This document shows positions 12,001 to 19,093 of a stretch of 64,000 nucleotides of DNA, in pieces (position 1 is the first letter of the stretch; each line of letters starts with the position of its first letter). Source of the stretch: a virus. The position numbers and the translations under genes were made by a program. The stretch spans positions 32,001-96,000 of the IMG/VR virus record IMGVR_UViG_3300020468_000003; one strand, written 5' to 3'. The notes below the pieces were generated by a model, which saw only the letters and a list, made by a program, of their open reading frames with translations, was not told where the DNA came from and did no database searches.

Positions 12001-13491
12001 TTTAGCATTTGTTAATTTTACCTCTTTAGTGCTATCGTTTATAATATCAACGCGATCATTTATTTTTAAACTTGCTTTATCAATTGTAGACTTTAAAGTA
12101 AACTGTTTTGTACCTGTATCAATATTAGAACATTCATAACTGGAACTAGTATTGTATATGAAAGAATTAGCAAATCTTTCCTTATCAGTTCTATCTGCTG
12201 CTGATACTGGATTATTAATTACATCTCCTAATTCTTTAACTGTTATTTTTTCATTAACTAATGCAAGACCTGCATCTTTTGCAAGATTTATATTTGATAC
12301 TATTGCTGCTACTCTTAAGTTAACTGGTTTAGTGAAATCTCCATTTTCGTAACCAAATATAATTTTGTCAGATCTAATATCAGCAGCTGCTGTAATATCA
12401 TTATCAATACCAGAACAATTTAAAAATTGGTTTATTGTTTTATCAGTATATGTTATAGTGTTAATACCACTAAGAACAGTTCCAGTTGCATCAAACCCAA
12501 CAGTAGAATCAACTGTAATTACTGAAGATCCAGCTGAAACATTAGTTATAGATTTTGTATTAGGAGTTACTTCAAAATCCCCTTCAATGAGATCTTTATT
12601 ACTATATCCAATAAACAGTGCTAACTTATAATATGTCTTATTATTTCTAGTTAATATTTCAATTTCAGATACTGCTGCTTTTGTTCTAGGATTACTTTTA
12701 CTATAAATTGTTTGTCCTACTAATTTATTAACATCTCCTGATAGTTTTTCTACTAAAACTATTTCTCTTCTAATATATTCTGCATCAGAGGGTTTTAATA
12801 GAAACTGTTCTAAGTCAATAACAGAAGGTGAAACACCAAATAAAACTTTGTAGAGTATTCTAAATGATTCTTCTGTACCTTTTGATTGATAAAAAGTTCT
12901 TGCTTCTTTAATAAAATTACCAGCATCCAATTCAGGTACGAAACCTACATCTTCTAAACCAGGTGTATATGAATATTTTATCTTTTTATAAAATTCTTTT
13001 AAAAATAAAGAACTTAAATTCTGTACTGGAGATTCATTAGTATGATCTGCACTAACCGATGTATCAAATACAAGTTCTTCTGAATCACTAAGACTATGGT
13101 AGGATGTTATTCCACTAAAACCACGTACACAACCTGTAAAAGTATTTGTAGTTAAACCAGTATATGTAATTATTTCATCATCAATCTTAAGAAGACCATA
13201 TTCATTAGGAAATCCTCTTGTACTTTCAACAGTAATAGTACTATCTGTTGAAACAGAATCTGAAGTAAGAGAAGTAACACCTACAATAACTTGTGGTGTT
13301 AATTGGTCAAGACTTAAATACTGGTCAAGATTATCAACCAGGTCAATAGGACCTCCTTGATACTCCTGTGAACGGTAGTATTGCTGAAAGAATTCTACTG
13401 TCTTAGGACTTTGATCTAAAATATATTCAGGTAATTGTCCTTCTATCAGTTGGTGAACCTTTACTCTCGATTCGATACCAGTTTGTATCAT
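1..13491 (-). CDS. gp7: Baseplate wedge initiator gp7-like giant structural protein (>4497 aa, continues past window start)
   Basis: ATG at 13491, 3 nt after the gp6 stop. It reads MIQTGIESRVKVHQLIEGQLPEYILDQSPKTVEFFQQYYRSQEYQGGPIDLVDNLDQY, and the same frame is open at spot-checked positions (about 9.7 kb, 2.2 kb and base 1: ...DIIGVGTEFVDNIFRV). The ORF track omits it because no stop falls in the window. The gp25-gp6-gp7 order is typical of cyanomyoviruses. Contains a YHYH-type domain (HSPIIGYAYDGHPIYGPFGY, about 9690-9750). Confidence 0.85.
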   Translation of the reverse strand, partial: MIQTGIESRVKVHQLIEGQLPEYILDQSPKTVEFFQQYYRSQEYQGGPIDLVDNLDQYLSLDQLTPQVIVGVTSLTSDSVSTDSTITVESTRGFPNEYGLLKIDDEIITYTGLTTNTFTGCVRGFSGITSYHSLSDSEELVFDTSVSADHTNESPVQNLSSLFLKEFYKKIKYSYTPGLEDVGFVPELDAGNFIKEARTFYQSKGTEESFRILYKVLFGVSPSVIDLEQFLLKPSDAEYIRREIVLVEKLSGDVNKLVGQTIYSKSNPRTKAAVSEIEILTRNNKTYYKLALFIGYSNKDLIEGDFEVTPNTKSITNVSAGSSVITVDSTVGFDATGTVLSGINTITYTDKTINQFLNCSGIDNDITAAADIRSDKIIFGYENGDFTKPVNLRVAAIVSNINLAKDAGLALVNEKITVKELGDVINNPVSAADRTDKERFANSFIYNTSSSYECSNIDTGTKQFTLKSTIDKASLKINDRVDIINDSTKEVKLTNAKVTAIDFNDKQVTLDYTGFSTDASIPHSIRRVPKKTTSKFVPLQYSDLFADVQNVYSEDLDFGFYGEEFLYVASNSLPSYTFRQDTVPSTPSIVVGTAITFIGAGNTETNALQADTGELAYSIINFPTDVPFLTGDEVVYEPENVAITGLDTGKSYYVRVLNDKNKIKLYSSNSFIQGDLNLEFDPLIVGVGGKHTFTLRSVHQKQIEPQKLLRKFPLIPRENDGLDTTTETVGMMINGVEIKNYKSQDKIYSGPLTSVNVVNSGTGYDVINPPTMEVANTGSGTTALVRPVLSGSVDKILVDPQTKELDKVISVSITGGGPGNGVALEPVVEQSFLSASFDARLLTFGGGIGETAETITFLGEHNFADGEEVVYRTNGNPALGIGTFAASNADQNRFLIENTKYIAEFVNSKTIRLYFSETDFKTGINTVGFTTTSNSGIHRFRTFNGKKTLKSIRVIEGGSNYQNRELSVKPVGISTIDHLVNFKNHGFQEGDLVEYQNSGTVISGLVTTNQYYIFEKSKDQFRVADAGVAGTIRDNYDSKLYIKLDSVGSGFHQFKYPDIKLNINVSFGAAGTGVITATPYVRGNIIDAYLYETGTGYGSTTLNFERSPSVSIKNGKGASLYPVVVGGKLIRVDVRSRGSEYFSVPEAIVVGDGSGAVVRPIIRDGQLIEVVVISEGTNYTQAKTSISVTSAGKNAILSSSVRSLIINDAQRHGSEYLYPTLKKGLEYVNLSYSNEIASGEFNDTGTTHSPIIGYAYDGHPIYGPFGYSDPLDPTSGVRPLQVGYKLDPSIIVDRPSGFANGFFIEDYRYDATGDLDIHNTRFCKTPEYPNGTYAYFAGISTDGLFTPKFPYFVGKRFRSLNQLDDKDQSFDLNSSELVRNTFPHQLGITGSRNDFIIESQSFFSQESEIESTTKGSITGVDIRNAGINYKVDDVINFDNEGTNGGGASAIISKVEGATVTSIASSVSEFTNCTLQWSNNKITVKVDPFHTFNTNDVISISGLSTFVDQIAGLRRVAISTENFNIYQDIPANGSSGIMTDIYVSSIPNSLSIGSTIGIGTEVLSVLNIFNERGIIRAKRGVTGTAHTTTTRGFVYPNTFEIPIESSFFDSSLNEKVFFNPTESVGVGSTAGIESTIEYPLGDRNYDISIANQSIYLPNHPFRSGERVILRKNAGGSSISVANTESSATFDIGDTDQNLFVINKSSDFIGIVTQSGLTTSTNGLFFFSNGSDNYEYSLEPTKNKIICVVQKNDAVISVSTAHNLQPDDQISLSVVPNRSVGIGTSTKVRVKYNFDIEKLVIDPIGFTSTAIDTLDNIVTLNNHPFVTGEKIYYNAQDEVATGLEPGLFYVYKIDKNRFKLALTYEDSIASPPKIVSIGSTGGAEQELSAINPRLFPTKGNNVVFDLSDSTLQGFKFNLYTDQTFENQFVSVANTTTFSTSGVGTVGVTSTASFTLTYTDALIDVVPDPTQPLFYNVEKGGFISTADSTVVNFNQITFDNSKYDGTYSVVGVASTSFVISLLKDPELNLYTPDNTTTMKYSTDSKNALGPISKLKMVSEGNDYKQLPGISSITTLNGSDAVLFAQSPTVGKIKEIRVIDQAFEYNTDKSLRPEANIPSTLELKSNLTITDVQIVDGGNNYTTAPDIAIVDSITGEKIDDGILTTEVQSSSVSSINIFEQPSGLNFNSKNLFTINNSNGVGISTMQTSSSGIVTCFLTTPLLGFSTSIFTVGEQIFVEGITKNGIGGSGFNSEDYGFRFFDVISYENLIPAKLKFSVAGLTTNPGLADTTQGSFATIVKRSNYPVFKVTQGKSKFVSGEQLFVNGESTDLNVTTVLPDYIKTSGKFEVKSGDSLRGVQSGSSGTIEAIIKSDAKFDIDFSVRANRGWKKNTGELNNDIQVLPDNDYYQNLSYSVKSPIQYKDSIDVINRLVHTTGLKNFVDVGLSTNTSVGIGVTTVKSLIFTDLIDESRVDTIYGFAQARDADNQLIEGRNTSKFLEFRFKSFVDSIICKTNRVLVIDDVSKQFTNKENVNDTFIDLDESGKDFARYLVQIRSTNNLQNAIYEMIVLHDPQFESAFTLRKGYLSSTGIANTTTNEYNWTELEFATLEGNVDEFDTLSLRFTPNDVFNIDYDVKFIKDTFNGNVVGLASTSIGLIKNQSTNAIVGVGSTNTILEYDSDNFDAMHVHLHLNANDLYTQNYTELYVHHDGTDTYVSDYYVDSDSAQGFNGNDFSNFVASVANGKLTLSYTNPLTVPVTVRANAVGFGSTSNADGALRFKIGTSQADGNERSAYFSGNSTVGTGETTIFSADATLTNSIKSLVSVSYGATYALHQILTLSPDSTDTYSTQYPFLSIGSTTGIGTFGAAIDGSNVAVKFYPDSSVTGIVTIKSFNEVLYQEVEIENLYQNINYGSIKTQEFGIGLFDATNSSRINKTSFRMDYQDTPIFQKFWNPSETTVLNKVTGEFSITNHFFETGEELIYRAGSSVAGLTSTSIGIGVTADSIGIVTNKLPYQVYAIRTNNEKFKIATRPEYAAAGIAVTFTDEGSGNKHSFEMVKKLEKAIISIDDVIQSPLSYTPIVYDLEANGGQIGTASTVFSMTGITSIGNGDILKIDNEFMKVGGVGLGTTSVGPISDGDVKLVEVIRGYVGTAATLHTDGTAARIYRGSYNFAGQNIFFTDPPKGSGLVTINESNLPKGFSEFNGRVFLRKDYTNNLIYDDVSNEFTGIAQTFTVRQSGVSTTGIETGSGLVLINGIFQTPTTDNNAGNNFFYKQSGSDSQITFTGITSTDGTPVVSLQDPNQNAFPKGGLIISLGSTTGLGFAPLLGADVLPVIGAGGSISGIIGIPTFTTPGKSISTASYDFNTGILDLTTGTAHNLNAQNQDVYLEGARFTSALGITTYGNSTLGNIFRITEIVDSTNIKVKIGISTFDQTYVGFGTVYPYYNSTARAFGSGYNGRVAIGVSVYEPGHVGNTANITAEVKTNKHKFWYSTANNIYYGGNYLHTFDSASTGAVNVQSGSEVGNQKTPNGASYDAISGVLTLSFSSAHGMSTSDTITLDEGSINFKCARDHFATVHAYPRPHDPIAGVTTAVTVTSSTAFTINVGASVNSSVSISTASYEPSTGDLVLNLGAGHGFTAAGILTTSSASYNPSTGVLTVNTSTAHGMVTGERVQLADNSFTFTCAKDNNISEHYYPREDDPASGRWLAITKVDADTFTVVVGTSSDTSTHTFVGSQPGNIRTDGPNGSIGIHTRSLTFRCAQDNFATDHSYPRATDPIHRAVLGIGATTTETITVNAGTSVNGTGGQVEFTIVDGGSGYTNPDVLVDEPTYTDLDITGVSRRGIGATTVTGINELINLKLGANSSPIFANRFADAADLIEANKLIIADISVGEMLDVYPSFSVPGGSQNCKDDVVDVLEAVAFNLRFGGNDEIWDAANLYITGAHVAGEEQESIYVFHAARDLANKVINNVAIAKSDYTTRDQVFDLTITADPAVGYNTDANGCANVRSSINSFIGIVTSSIGFGTVTSKKSFAPAKFFEVSDFSIKGAGYAFQLGDVFAPVGLVTAKGLKKPLKPFELEVVEVFSDRFASWQFGQLDFIDPIDNLQDDVRTVFPLFYNAELVSFQIDTNDNDSKLIDIDATLVVFINGVLQEPTKAYLFDGGSSIQFLEAPKKEDKVSIFFYNGTRSIDSVETDIAESVKVGDTLSVRKASGIQTSVNQSEGRIVYDIASSDRIETNAYADAGIDEFNDRSVNWTKQKRDIFINGEKISKARDSIEGMVFPTSRIIRDVNVGDTDILLDNGQFFNYEENESSVVTAYVDAVVLDEINTVSAAATATVDSSGKVTATTITNTGFGYTTATVDVKFSSPKFIGVGIGTTATGTATITNGAVASISVTNVGLGYTNSLNTPVPPQIIIPQPRLINEVVTNIQSVQGNTGIITGISTVAGIGTDLAIKFFTNNTTDLQVGYHIVVTDSTVGSGVTSIYTHDNDIIGVGTEFVDNIFRV

Positions 13492-13494
13492 ATT

Positions 13495-15393
13495 TTATCC
13501 TCTTTTTAGCTCTCCGTTGCTATAACTAGATGTTACCTTAAATCCTACACCTGAAATCTTCTCTCCTGAAGATATAGTGTCCTTAATCATATTTATCGTA
13601 CTTTTTGAAACATCAAACTCAAGGTATAAATCCTTCAATCCAACTACATCATTAGATTCTGGGAATGCTTGAACTTCAATTATATCATCTGCTAAAACAG
13701 TACTGGTTATTAAAGTTGTAGTTAGAATTACTTCTCCTTTTATATAATCTACAATACCTGCAGATTTAATAACAACTCTATTTTCTCCAGTTTCTTCAAT
13801 TGGTTTAACTATTGAAAGAACACCAGTTCTTCCATCTGTATTAGGAATATCTGTTAAGTAAACTATATCAGGTTCATTGATAATTCTAAATCCAGTACTT
13901 TTTATATTGAAACCACCACTATTTACATGGAATCTGTTTCCGAAGCATAATTCATACTGTGCTTCTTGATTTACAAGTGCTCTTAGATTTCTTCTAATCC
14001 TTACTCTTGTAATATTAGAAGTTATAGAACGATCTACATCATCAATTACATTTAAAATCTTACTATATTTAAATCTTCCACCAAATTTACTTAAATCCAC
14101 AGAATTTGAGTATGATTGAAGAGAATTTGAAACGTTTGTCTTCAAATTATCAACGTTTGTAATCTGAGATGAGTTGAAATAGACTGAAGAATCAACTTCA
14201 ACATAAAGAATTTTAATATCAACAAGTTTTTGGTTAATTCCTGTTAATGCATAACTCTTTAATTTACTCAAAATAAAGTCTTTATCAAAATCTGACACAA
14301 AATCGCCATTTTTTGGTTTAATACTAATCCTAACAGTACCAAATTCAGGTGGTTCTAACTCTTCCCCACCAACAACTGATATAGATTCAGTGTTTGGGTA
14401 GATATTTTGTATGATTGCCTCATAATCTCTTGCTGTAACTGCTCTAAATTGAGCAGCATATAATCTTGGAGCAAAATATTTAACTGATTCTATGGGTTCT
14501 ATGTCTGTTCCACTAGTACTTTTAGTAACTGTAGTTAATTGTGCTGATGTTACTGTAACAGGATTGTTCAAACTGTTTATAAATGTACCTGCAAATGAGA
14601 AATTAGCAGCTCCATTACCCAATTCTCCATCTGTAACGATGTAGGTTACTGTAATTTCTGTCCCATTTTCTAATTTTTTACCAAAAATACCATCTCCAAA
14701 GAGTAATTCGTACTTCTCATCCTGTACTTCTTGTATTAAATATATTTCCGAATCAGATCCAACACCAATAATATTATCAACAAGTGAATATTCTCTTCCA
14801 GTACCTGATTCTCCTACACCTTTTACCTTAACAACAATGGTTTGTATGTCTATAAATGGGTTATCAAGTAAAAAACGTTGATCTAAACTACCATCAACTG
14901 TAAATTTCTTCTTTAAAAGTGCTCCTTGATATATTAAAACTGGATCTTCGAGTGTACCAAAACTTGCTTTACCATCTACTACTGCTGTGGTAATAGGTTC
15001 TGGTATAGAAAATATGTAAGAACTATCATCTGTAGCACCCACACATACTGGTCCTCTTGCTTCAAGGGTAAGTGTTGCTAAACTTGCTGAACATTCTACA
15101 TCCAATCTTATACTTGCTCTTGAACAAGTTCTAGAACGAGGTACATATCCTATTCCTCTTGCCAAAGATACGACATTTTCCCTCAAAGTTGCAGAATCTA
15201 AGAAAGATTCATTAACAACCATGTTTGCATTGAAGGAGTTAATGTAAGTATTGTATGCTAAAGTATTTAAAAGAACCGAAAAGTTAGATCCCTCAAAATC
15301 AAAATCAGTAAAAGTAGAATTTGCTCTCAAATAATCTTTTAACTGTGTCTTGATTTGATCAAAATCTAAGTTTGTAAATTTAGTAAAAGGCAT
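13495..15393 (-). CDS. gp6: Baseplate wedge subunit gp6
   Basis: 632 aa; N-terminal LDFDQIK..L..YL....FTDFDFEGS..SVLL..LAYNT and RAVTARDY motifs of the T4 gp6 family. Confidence 0.93.
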   Translation of the reverse strand: MPFTKFTNLDFDQIKTQLKDYLRANSTFTDFDFEGSNFSVLLNTLAYNTYINSFNANMVVNESFLDSATLRENVVSLARGIGYVPRSRTCSRASIRLDVECSASLATLTLEARGPVCVGATDDSSYIFSIPEPITTAVVDGKASFGTLEDPVLIYQGALLKKKFTVDGSLDQRFLLDNPFIDIQTIVVKVKGVGESGTGREYSLVDNIIGVGSDSEIYLIQEVQDEKYELLFGDGIFGKKLENGTEITVTYIVTDGELGNGAANFSFAGTFINSLNNPVTVTSAQLTTVTKSTSGTDIEPIESVKYFAPRLYAAQFRAVTARDYEAIIQNIYPNTESISVVGGEELEPPEFGTVRISIKPKNGDFVSDFDKDFILSKLKSYALTGINQKLVDIKILYVEVDSSVYFNSSQITNVDNLKTNVSNSLQSYSNSVDLSKFGGRFKYSKILNVIDDVDRSITSNITRVRIRRNLRALVNQEAQYELCFGNRFHVNSGGFNIKSTGFRIINEPDIVYLTDIPNTDGRTGVLSIVKPIEETGENRVVIKSAGIVDYIKGEVILTTTLITSTVLADDIIEVQAFPESNDVVGLKDLYLEFDVSKSTINMIKDTISSGEKISGVGFKVTSSYSNGELKRG

Positions 15394-15394
15394 A

Positions 15395-15796
15395 TTATCT
15401 TGTTGCTTCTAATAGGAACGTATAATCTTGTGTTGGTGCAGATTCTCCAATCAAACTGAAGTTTACATTTACTTCAAATTGATTATCATCTGGATTCGCA
15501 TCCACTTTAACTACTAAGTTAGAGACTCTTGGTTCAAAGTTTAGTATTGCTTCTGTAATTTCACGTTCAATTACTGATGCTGTAGCAAAATCAACAAAGT
15601 CGAACAATGATCTACGGACATTTGATCCGAAGAGACTATCAAAAAATCTTTCTCCACGAATAGTTTGAACGATATTGCTTACAGACTTACGAATACACGC
15701 AGTATCTCTCAATACAGGTATATCTTTTGTAACAGGATGTGGTTCAAAAGATAGACTTATATCTCTAAATTCTCGTGATCTTAATTGGGATGCCAT
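15395..15796 (-). CDS. gp25: Baseplate wedge subunit gp25 (GPW/gp25 family)
   Basis: 133 aa; GERFF...FGS...LF and FEPRV motifs; adjacent to gp6. Confidence 0.92.
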   Translation of the reverse strand: MASQLRSREFRDISLSFEPHPVTKDIPVLRDTACIRKSVSNIVQTIRGERFFDSLFGSNVRRSLFDFVDFATASVIEREITEAILNFEPRVSNLVVKVDANPDDNQFEVNVNFSLIGESAPTQDYTFLLEATR

Positions 15797-15832
15797 TTAT
15801 ACAATACTTCTTCATTGTATTTAGCATGTTTT

Positions 15833-16348
15833 TTACAATAAGTTACAAGGATAGTGTTTATTGGGTTGTTCCCACCAAAAATGGAGGTCAAATTGGTCGC
15901 TATCGTACTGTAAAGACGTTAAATTGCACTTAAAACGACTATGTTGGCTCTCACAAAGTGCTACAGCATACAAATCAGCACCTGATGCCCTTGTCATTAC
16001 GTTACATAACTCCATCAAATTATTTCCTTGCACTACACCAGACTGAACTAATACAAACTTATCCCATCTTCTCTGCCACTTCATAAAATTCTGTGTAAAT
16101 TCAGTTAAATACTCAGTTTTGTCTTCATCTGGGTATGGAACGTTAACTGATTCAATATTAAATATCTCTTCATCCACTGTTAGACTATGAGAAATTATTT
16201 GTGTCGCAATTCCTGAGTAATCAGGAGCAACACACAGGAAACAAGTGTTTTTTGGATGAATTGGCATCTTTGCCATCTTCATTTTATACACTAATTCCTG
16301 TATTAATGCCCTTTCTTTATCTTCTGATATAAAAAGTAGTTTTTTCAC
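15833..16348 (-). CDS. Phosphoribosyltransferase-fold-like hypothetical protein
   Basis: 171 aa; FVLVQSGVVQGNNL resembles a degenerate PRPP-binding loop. Confidence 0.45.
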   Translation of the reverse strand: MKKLLFISEDKERALIQELVYKMKMAKMPIHPKNTCFLCVAPDYSGIATQIISHSLTVDEEIFNIESVNVPYPDEDKTEYLTEFTQNFMKWQRRWDKFVLVQSGVVQGNNLMELCNVMTRASGADLYAVALCESQHSRFKCNLTSLQYDSDQFDLHFWWEQPNKHYPCNLL

Positions 16349-17148
16349 CCTAATTCTGGATAATCTGTGTAATTTATACCATCAATTTGGGGACCTCCGT
16401 AGTTTATGCCATCAATTGATGGATCTGCAGTCACATAAAACTCAGATGCAGTGTTTCCGACACCTACTTCACCTACTAGATCCCAACCTGATGGATCATT
16501 ATTCCTTTCTTTTGCTGTTTTCCAGTAATAATTGTCCTCAGAACCCAATCCATCTCTATCATGACCATTTTCAACCTGATAATACACCGTTGAGACCTTA
16601 AAATCGGGCACTTTTGGTGTTTCTGGGGTTAAACTGTTATCATATATCCTCATTCTGTTGTTAGGATAGAGTGCAAACTGCCCATTATCCAGTTCTAAGA
16701 GGTTAAAAGACTTATGTTCAGCAGGTTGTTCGCTAGTTGAGTAATCAATTGCGTCTACATCCTGATGATAGTTGTCTAAAGTACAAATATATGTACCACT
16801 TTGCGTTCCGAAGTCTCTTGTATAGATTTCATAGTGCATTGAACCCACAAATTGCTTCTGAGTTGCCACTACACCATAGTCCATACAGTTCCAAAACTGT
16901 AAATTATGCAATGTCATGTCTGGAGTTGGTGTTTCTGGGTCTGAAACAAACGCAGAAATCGGCAACTTATCAAACATCGCAGCATATTCGGGTAAATACG
17001 TCTCAAAATAAAAGGCACGACCAGGAATACTCTTAGCCGATACCCATACTCCTTTAACAAACTCACCATGACCACTCTTATGGTCGGTTAAGTATTCCTT
17101 TCTTACCCACACTTCATAAGAAGGTAAATTACAAATAAGTGCTGGCAT
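16345..17148 (-). CDS. Conserved cyanophage hypothetical protein
   Basis: 267-aa ORF; 4-nt overlap with the downstream gene. Confidence 0.7.
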   Translation of the reverse strand: MPALICNLPSYEVWVRKEYLTDHKSGHGEFVKGVWVSAKSIPGRAFYFETYLPEYAAMFDKLPISAFVSDPETPTPDMTLHNLQFWNCMDYGVVATQKQFVGSMHYEIYTRDFGTQSGTYICTLDNYHQDVDAIDYSTSEQPAEHKSFNLLELDNGQFALYPNNRMRIYDNSLTPETPKVPDFKVSTVYYQVENGHDRDGLGSEDNYYWKTAKERNNDPSGWDLVGEVGVGNTASEFYVTADPSIDGINYGGPQIDGINYTDYPELG

Positions 17149-17153
17149 CTAAG

Positions 17154-17276
17154 TTATCTCCCCTGTCCTCTGTATCTCTTACGAGCCGAGTTACGCGATG
17201 TGGGGGCATATTTTGAATGCTTACCTCTTCCTTGTCGAGACTTTTTAGGTTTTCTGTCTCCTTCTTTCATTGCCAT
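17154..17276 (-). CDS. Small Arg/Lys-rich basic protein (40 aa)
   Basis: Hand-translated MAMKEGDRKPKKSRQGRGKHSKYAPTSRNSARKRYRGQGR*; fills the gap between genes; below the ORF-track cutoff. Confidence 0.65.
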   Translation of the reverse strand: MAMKEGDRKPKKSRQGRGKHSKYAPTSRNSARKRYRGQGR

Positions 17277-17279
17277 AGT

Positions 17280-17438
17280 TTATTTTCGTATTGTTTCGAG
17301 TGATTCAGGTCGAGGGGTTCCCTCGCTGTAAAATTTCTGAGAAAGATCCATCATAGTATCGAAGTATTCTTCCTCAGTTAAGTTTTGGTAGACGAGTTCC
17401 CCGTCCACCTTAATATCAAATAACTCTAGTCTTTTCAT
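17280..17438 (-). CDS. Small hypothetical protein (52 aa)
   Basis: Hand-translated MKRLELFDIKVDGELVYQNLTEEEYFDTMMDLSQKFYSEGTPRPESLETIRK*. Confidence 0.6.
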   Translation of the reverse strand: MKRLELFDIKVDGELVYQNLTEEEYFDTMMDLSQKFYSEGTPRPESLETIRK

Positions 17439-18315
17439 GTCCTACACGGATACGAGGGTCGCACCAGATTTCAAAACCTGCTTCCTTTGCATCAAGACAG
17501 AAAGATACGTCCTCTCCGCACATATCCTGCACTTCTCCAGATTCAAAGACCTGCATCTTAGGTGCGAACCATGGATAAGGCATTTCTGGATGCTCAAATA
17601 CTCCATGTTTAATCAGCAACCATCCGAAACCTGTATAGTCTACTGTAAAAGGTTTGCGTCTTTTCTGTATTGTTTCAAGAGTTTCATGATTCATAACTCC
17701 ACCATTAGATCGGAAATCATCCTCCTCTAACCAGTGTGCAACTGAAGTAGTTTGACCATCTTCAGTACAATACCAACCACCAACAATTGATCTTTCCTTA
17801 CTCGGATCAACCTTAAGGTTCTGTCCAATAACCTGACTTGCTGCTTTACCATCAGCATCTAATACAGCATTACCATCTTTATCAAGTATATCCTGTACTA
17901 CATCTTCCTTGGTAATTGCTTCTTCTGGTGTTGCCATCAGAACAAGTTGATAAAACTTCTCTGAGTTGAATACTATATCACTATCAATCCATAACTGATA
18001 ATCATACTTTAACTTACCATCCCAAGGTATCTGATCAGGACCACGAAGAACGTTTGCTCCTAAACATTTACATCTTGCAAAGTTCACCATTGAACTATAG
18101 TCTTGAGAAATCTGAATACTTGCTCCTGCTTGTACTAGATCAAAACATAGTTGAACGAATGACTTTAAAAAGATATAACTTACACCTCTACCAGGTAAAC
18201 AGAATACTACTGTTTTTCCTTTTATTAATTGTCTTGCTAAAGCATAATCCCATTCTTCCTTTTTTGGTTTGGACTTGACGGGGGTTTTTGCTTTAACTGT
18301 AAATCCTTTAGCCAT
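17416..18315 (-). CDS. Glycosyltransferase (GT-A fold)-like protein
   Basis: 299 aa; LWIDSDIVF (DxD), TGFGWLLIK, GEDVSFC and IWCDP..RVGHEK motifs. Confidence 0.7.
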   Translation of the reverse strand: MAKGFTVKAKTPVKSKPKKEEWDYALARQLIKGKTVVFCLPGRGVSYIFLKSFVQLCFDLVQAGASIQISQDYSSMVNFARCKCLGANVLRGPDQIPWDGKLKYDYQLWIDSDIVFNSEKFYQLVLMATPEEAITKEDVVQDILDKDGNAVLDADGKAASQVIGQNLKVDPSKERSIVGGWYCTEDGQTTSVAHWLEEDDFRSNGGVMNHETLETIQKRRKPFTVDYTGFGWLLIKHGVFEHPEMPYPWFAPKMQVFESGEVQDMCGEDVSFCLDAKEAGFEIWCDPRIRVGHEKTRVI

Positions 18316-18337
18316 AATGTGTTGTAATTACATTCAT

Positions 18338-18366
18338 ATCATACACTATTATATAGTGGTTGTCAA
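18338..18366 (-). promoter_or_regulatory. Sigma70-like promoter TTGACA-N17-TATGAT
   Basis: Near-consensus hexamers with a 17-nt spacer upstream of the 18315 start. Confidence 0.7.
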
Positions 18367-18585
18367 TTAGTATGAATGATCATCAAGAGAGGGGTTTTCC
18401 ACCTCTATTTTTTGTGCAGGTAACTTAGTATATGATAGGTCTTCTTCTTTATATGATGTATGCATTAGACCAACCATTGCTTTAAGTGTAGTCCAAGTAA
18501 CTTTGAAATCTTCTTCTTTTACCGAATGTAATATACAATCCTTACCTGCGTAAAAATGATATATGGTATCAGTTTCTTTAATCAT
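18367..18585 (-). CDS. Hypothetical protein
   Basis: 72-aa ORF in operon context. Confidence 0.6.
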   Translation of the reverse strand: MIKETDTIYHFYAGKDCILHSVKEEDFKVTWTTLKAMVGLMHTSYKEEDLSYTKLPAQKIEVENPSLDDHSY

Positions 18586-18814
18586 CTTCTTTTTCTTTTA
18601 AGATTAATTCGTTATCTGAGGATATGTCTAATTGTAGCATAGTTCCCTCATACCATCCCATATCGTTAACCATCCACTCAGGCAGATCAATCATGAAGTT
18701 CCCAGTTATGGGATCGACCTCTACAGGCGAAAAATTTTCTGCGGGATTTTTTTGCATATCATGAAAAATCGTATTGGATTTCGTATGGGTTTTGACTTTA
18801 TGTATAACGTTCAA
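18578..18814 (-). CDS. AbrB/MazE/SpoVT-like DNA-binding protein (true start probably the internal Met of MQKNP)
   Basis: GNFMIDLPEWMVNDMGWYEGTMLQLDISSDNELILK matches the swapped-hairpin pattern. Confidence 0.6.
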   Translation of the reverse strand: MNVIHKVKTHTKSNTIFHDMQKNPAENFSPVEVDPITGNFMIDLPEWMVNDMGWYEGTMLQLDISSDNELILKEKEDD

Positions 18815-18899
18815 TATTTACCTCTCGAATCGGGTCGTTTATAGCTTATCGGTACCTACCCGTTTTATATACGGGGTCGGCATACTGCAACTGCACTAA

Positions 18900-19085
18900 C
18901 TAATAATAATTAGTGCTCTGCGGTTGTCCTGATACTGGGCATGGGGGTAATGGTTCGCCTGTGTAATATGGGTTCCAATAGTTTGCCAGTTCAGCAGTGG
19001 GGAGGTGTGGTTGGATGCTTACATATGTCCCAGTGTTGGAATATGTAACCCACCTGCGATCTCTGGATTTGAGATCGCTTGCCAT
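18900..19085 (-). CDS. Hypothetical early-region protein
   Basis: ORF-track 18900..19142 trimmed to MASDLKSR so it does not overlap the upstream gene. Confidence 0.5.
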   Translation of the reverse strand: MASDLKSRDRRWVTYSNTGTYVSIQPHLPTAELANYWNPYYTGEPLPPCPVSGQPQSTNYY

Positions 19086-19093
19086 AATTAATC

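Noticed and set aside
269-12631. Short ORFs in the track within 1-13.5 kb (both strands)
   Set aside because: They are antisense or out-of-frame shadows of the single long minus-strand gp7 frame
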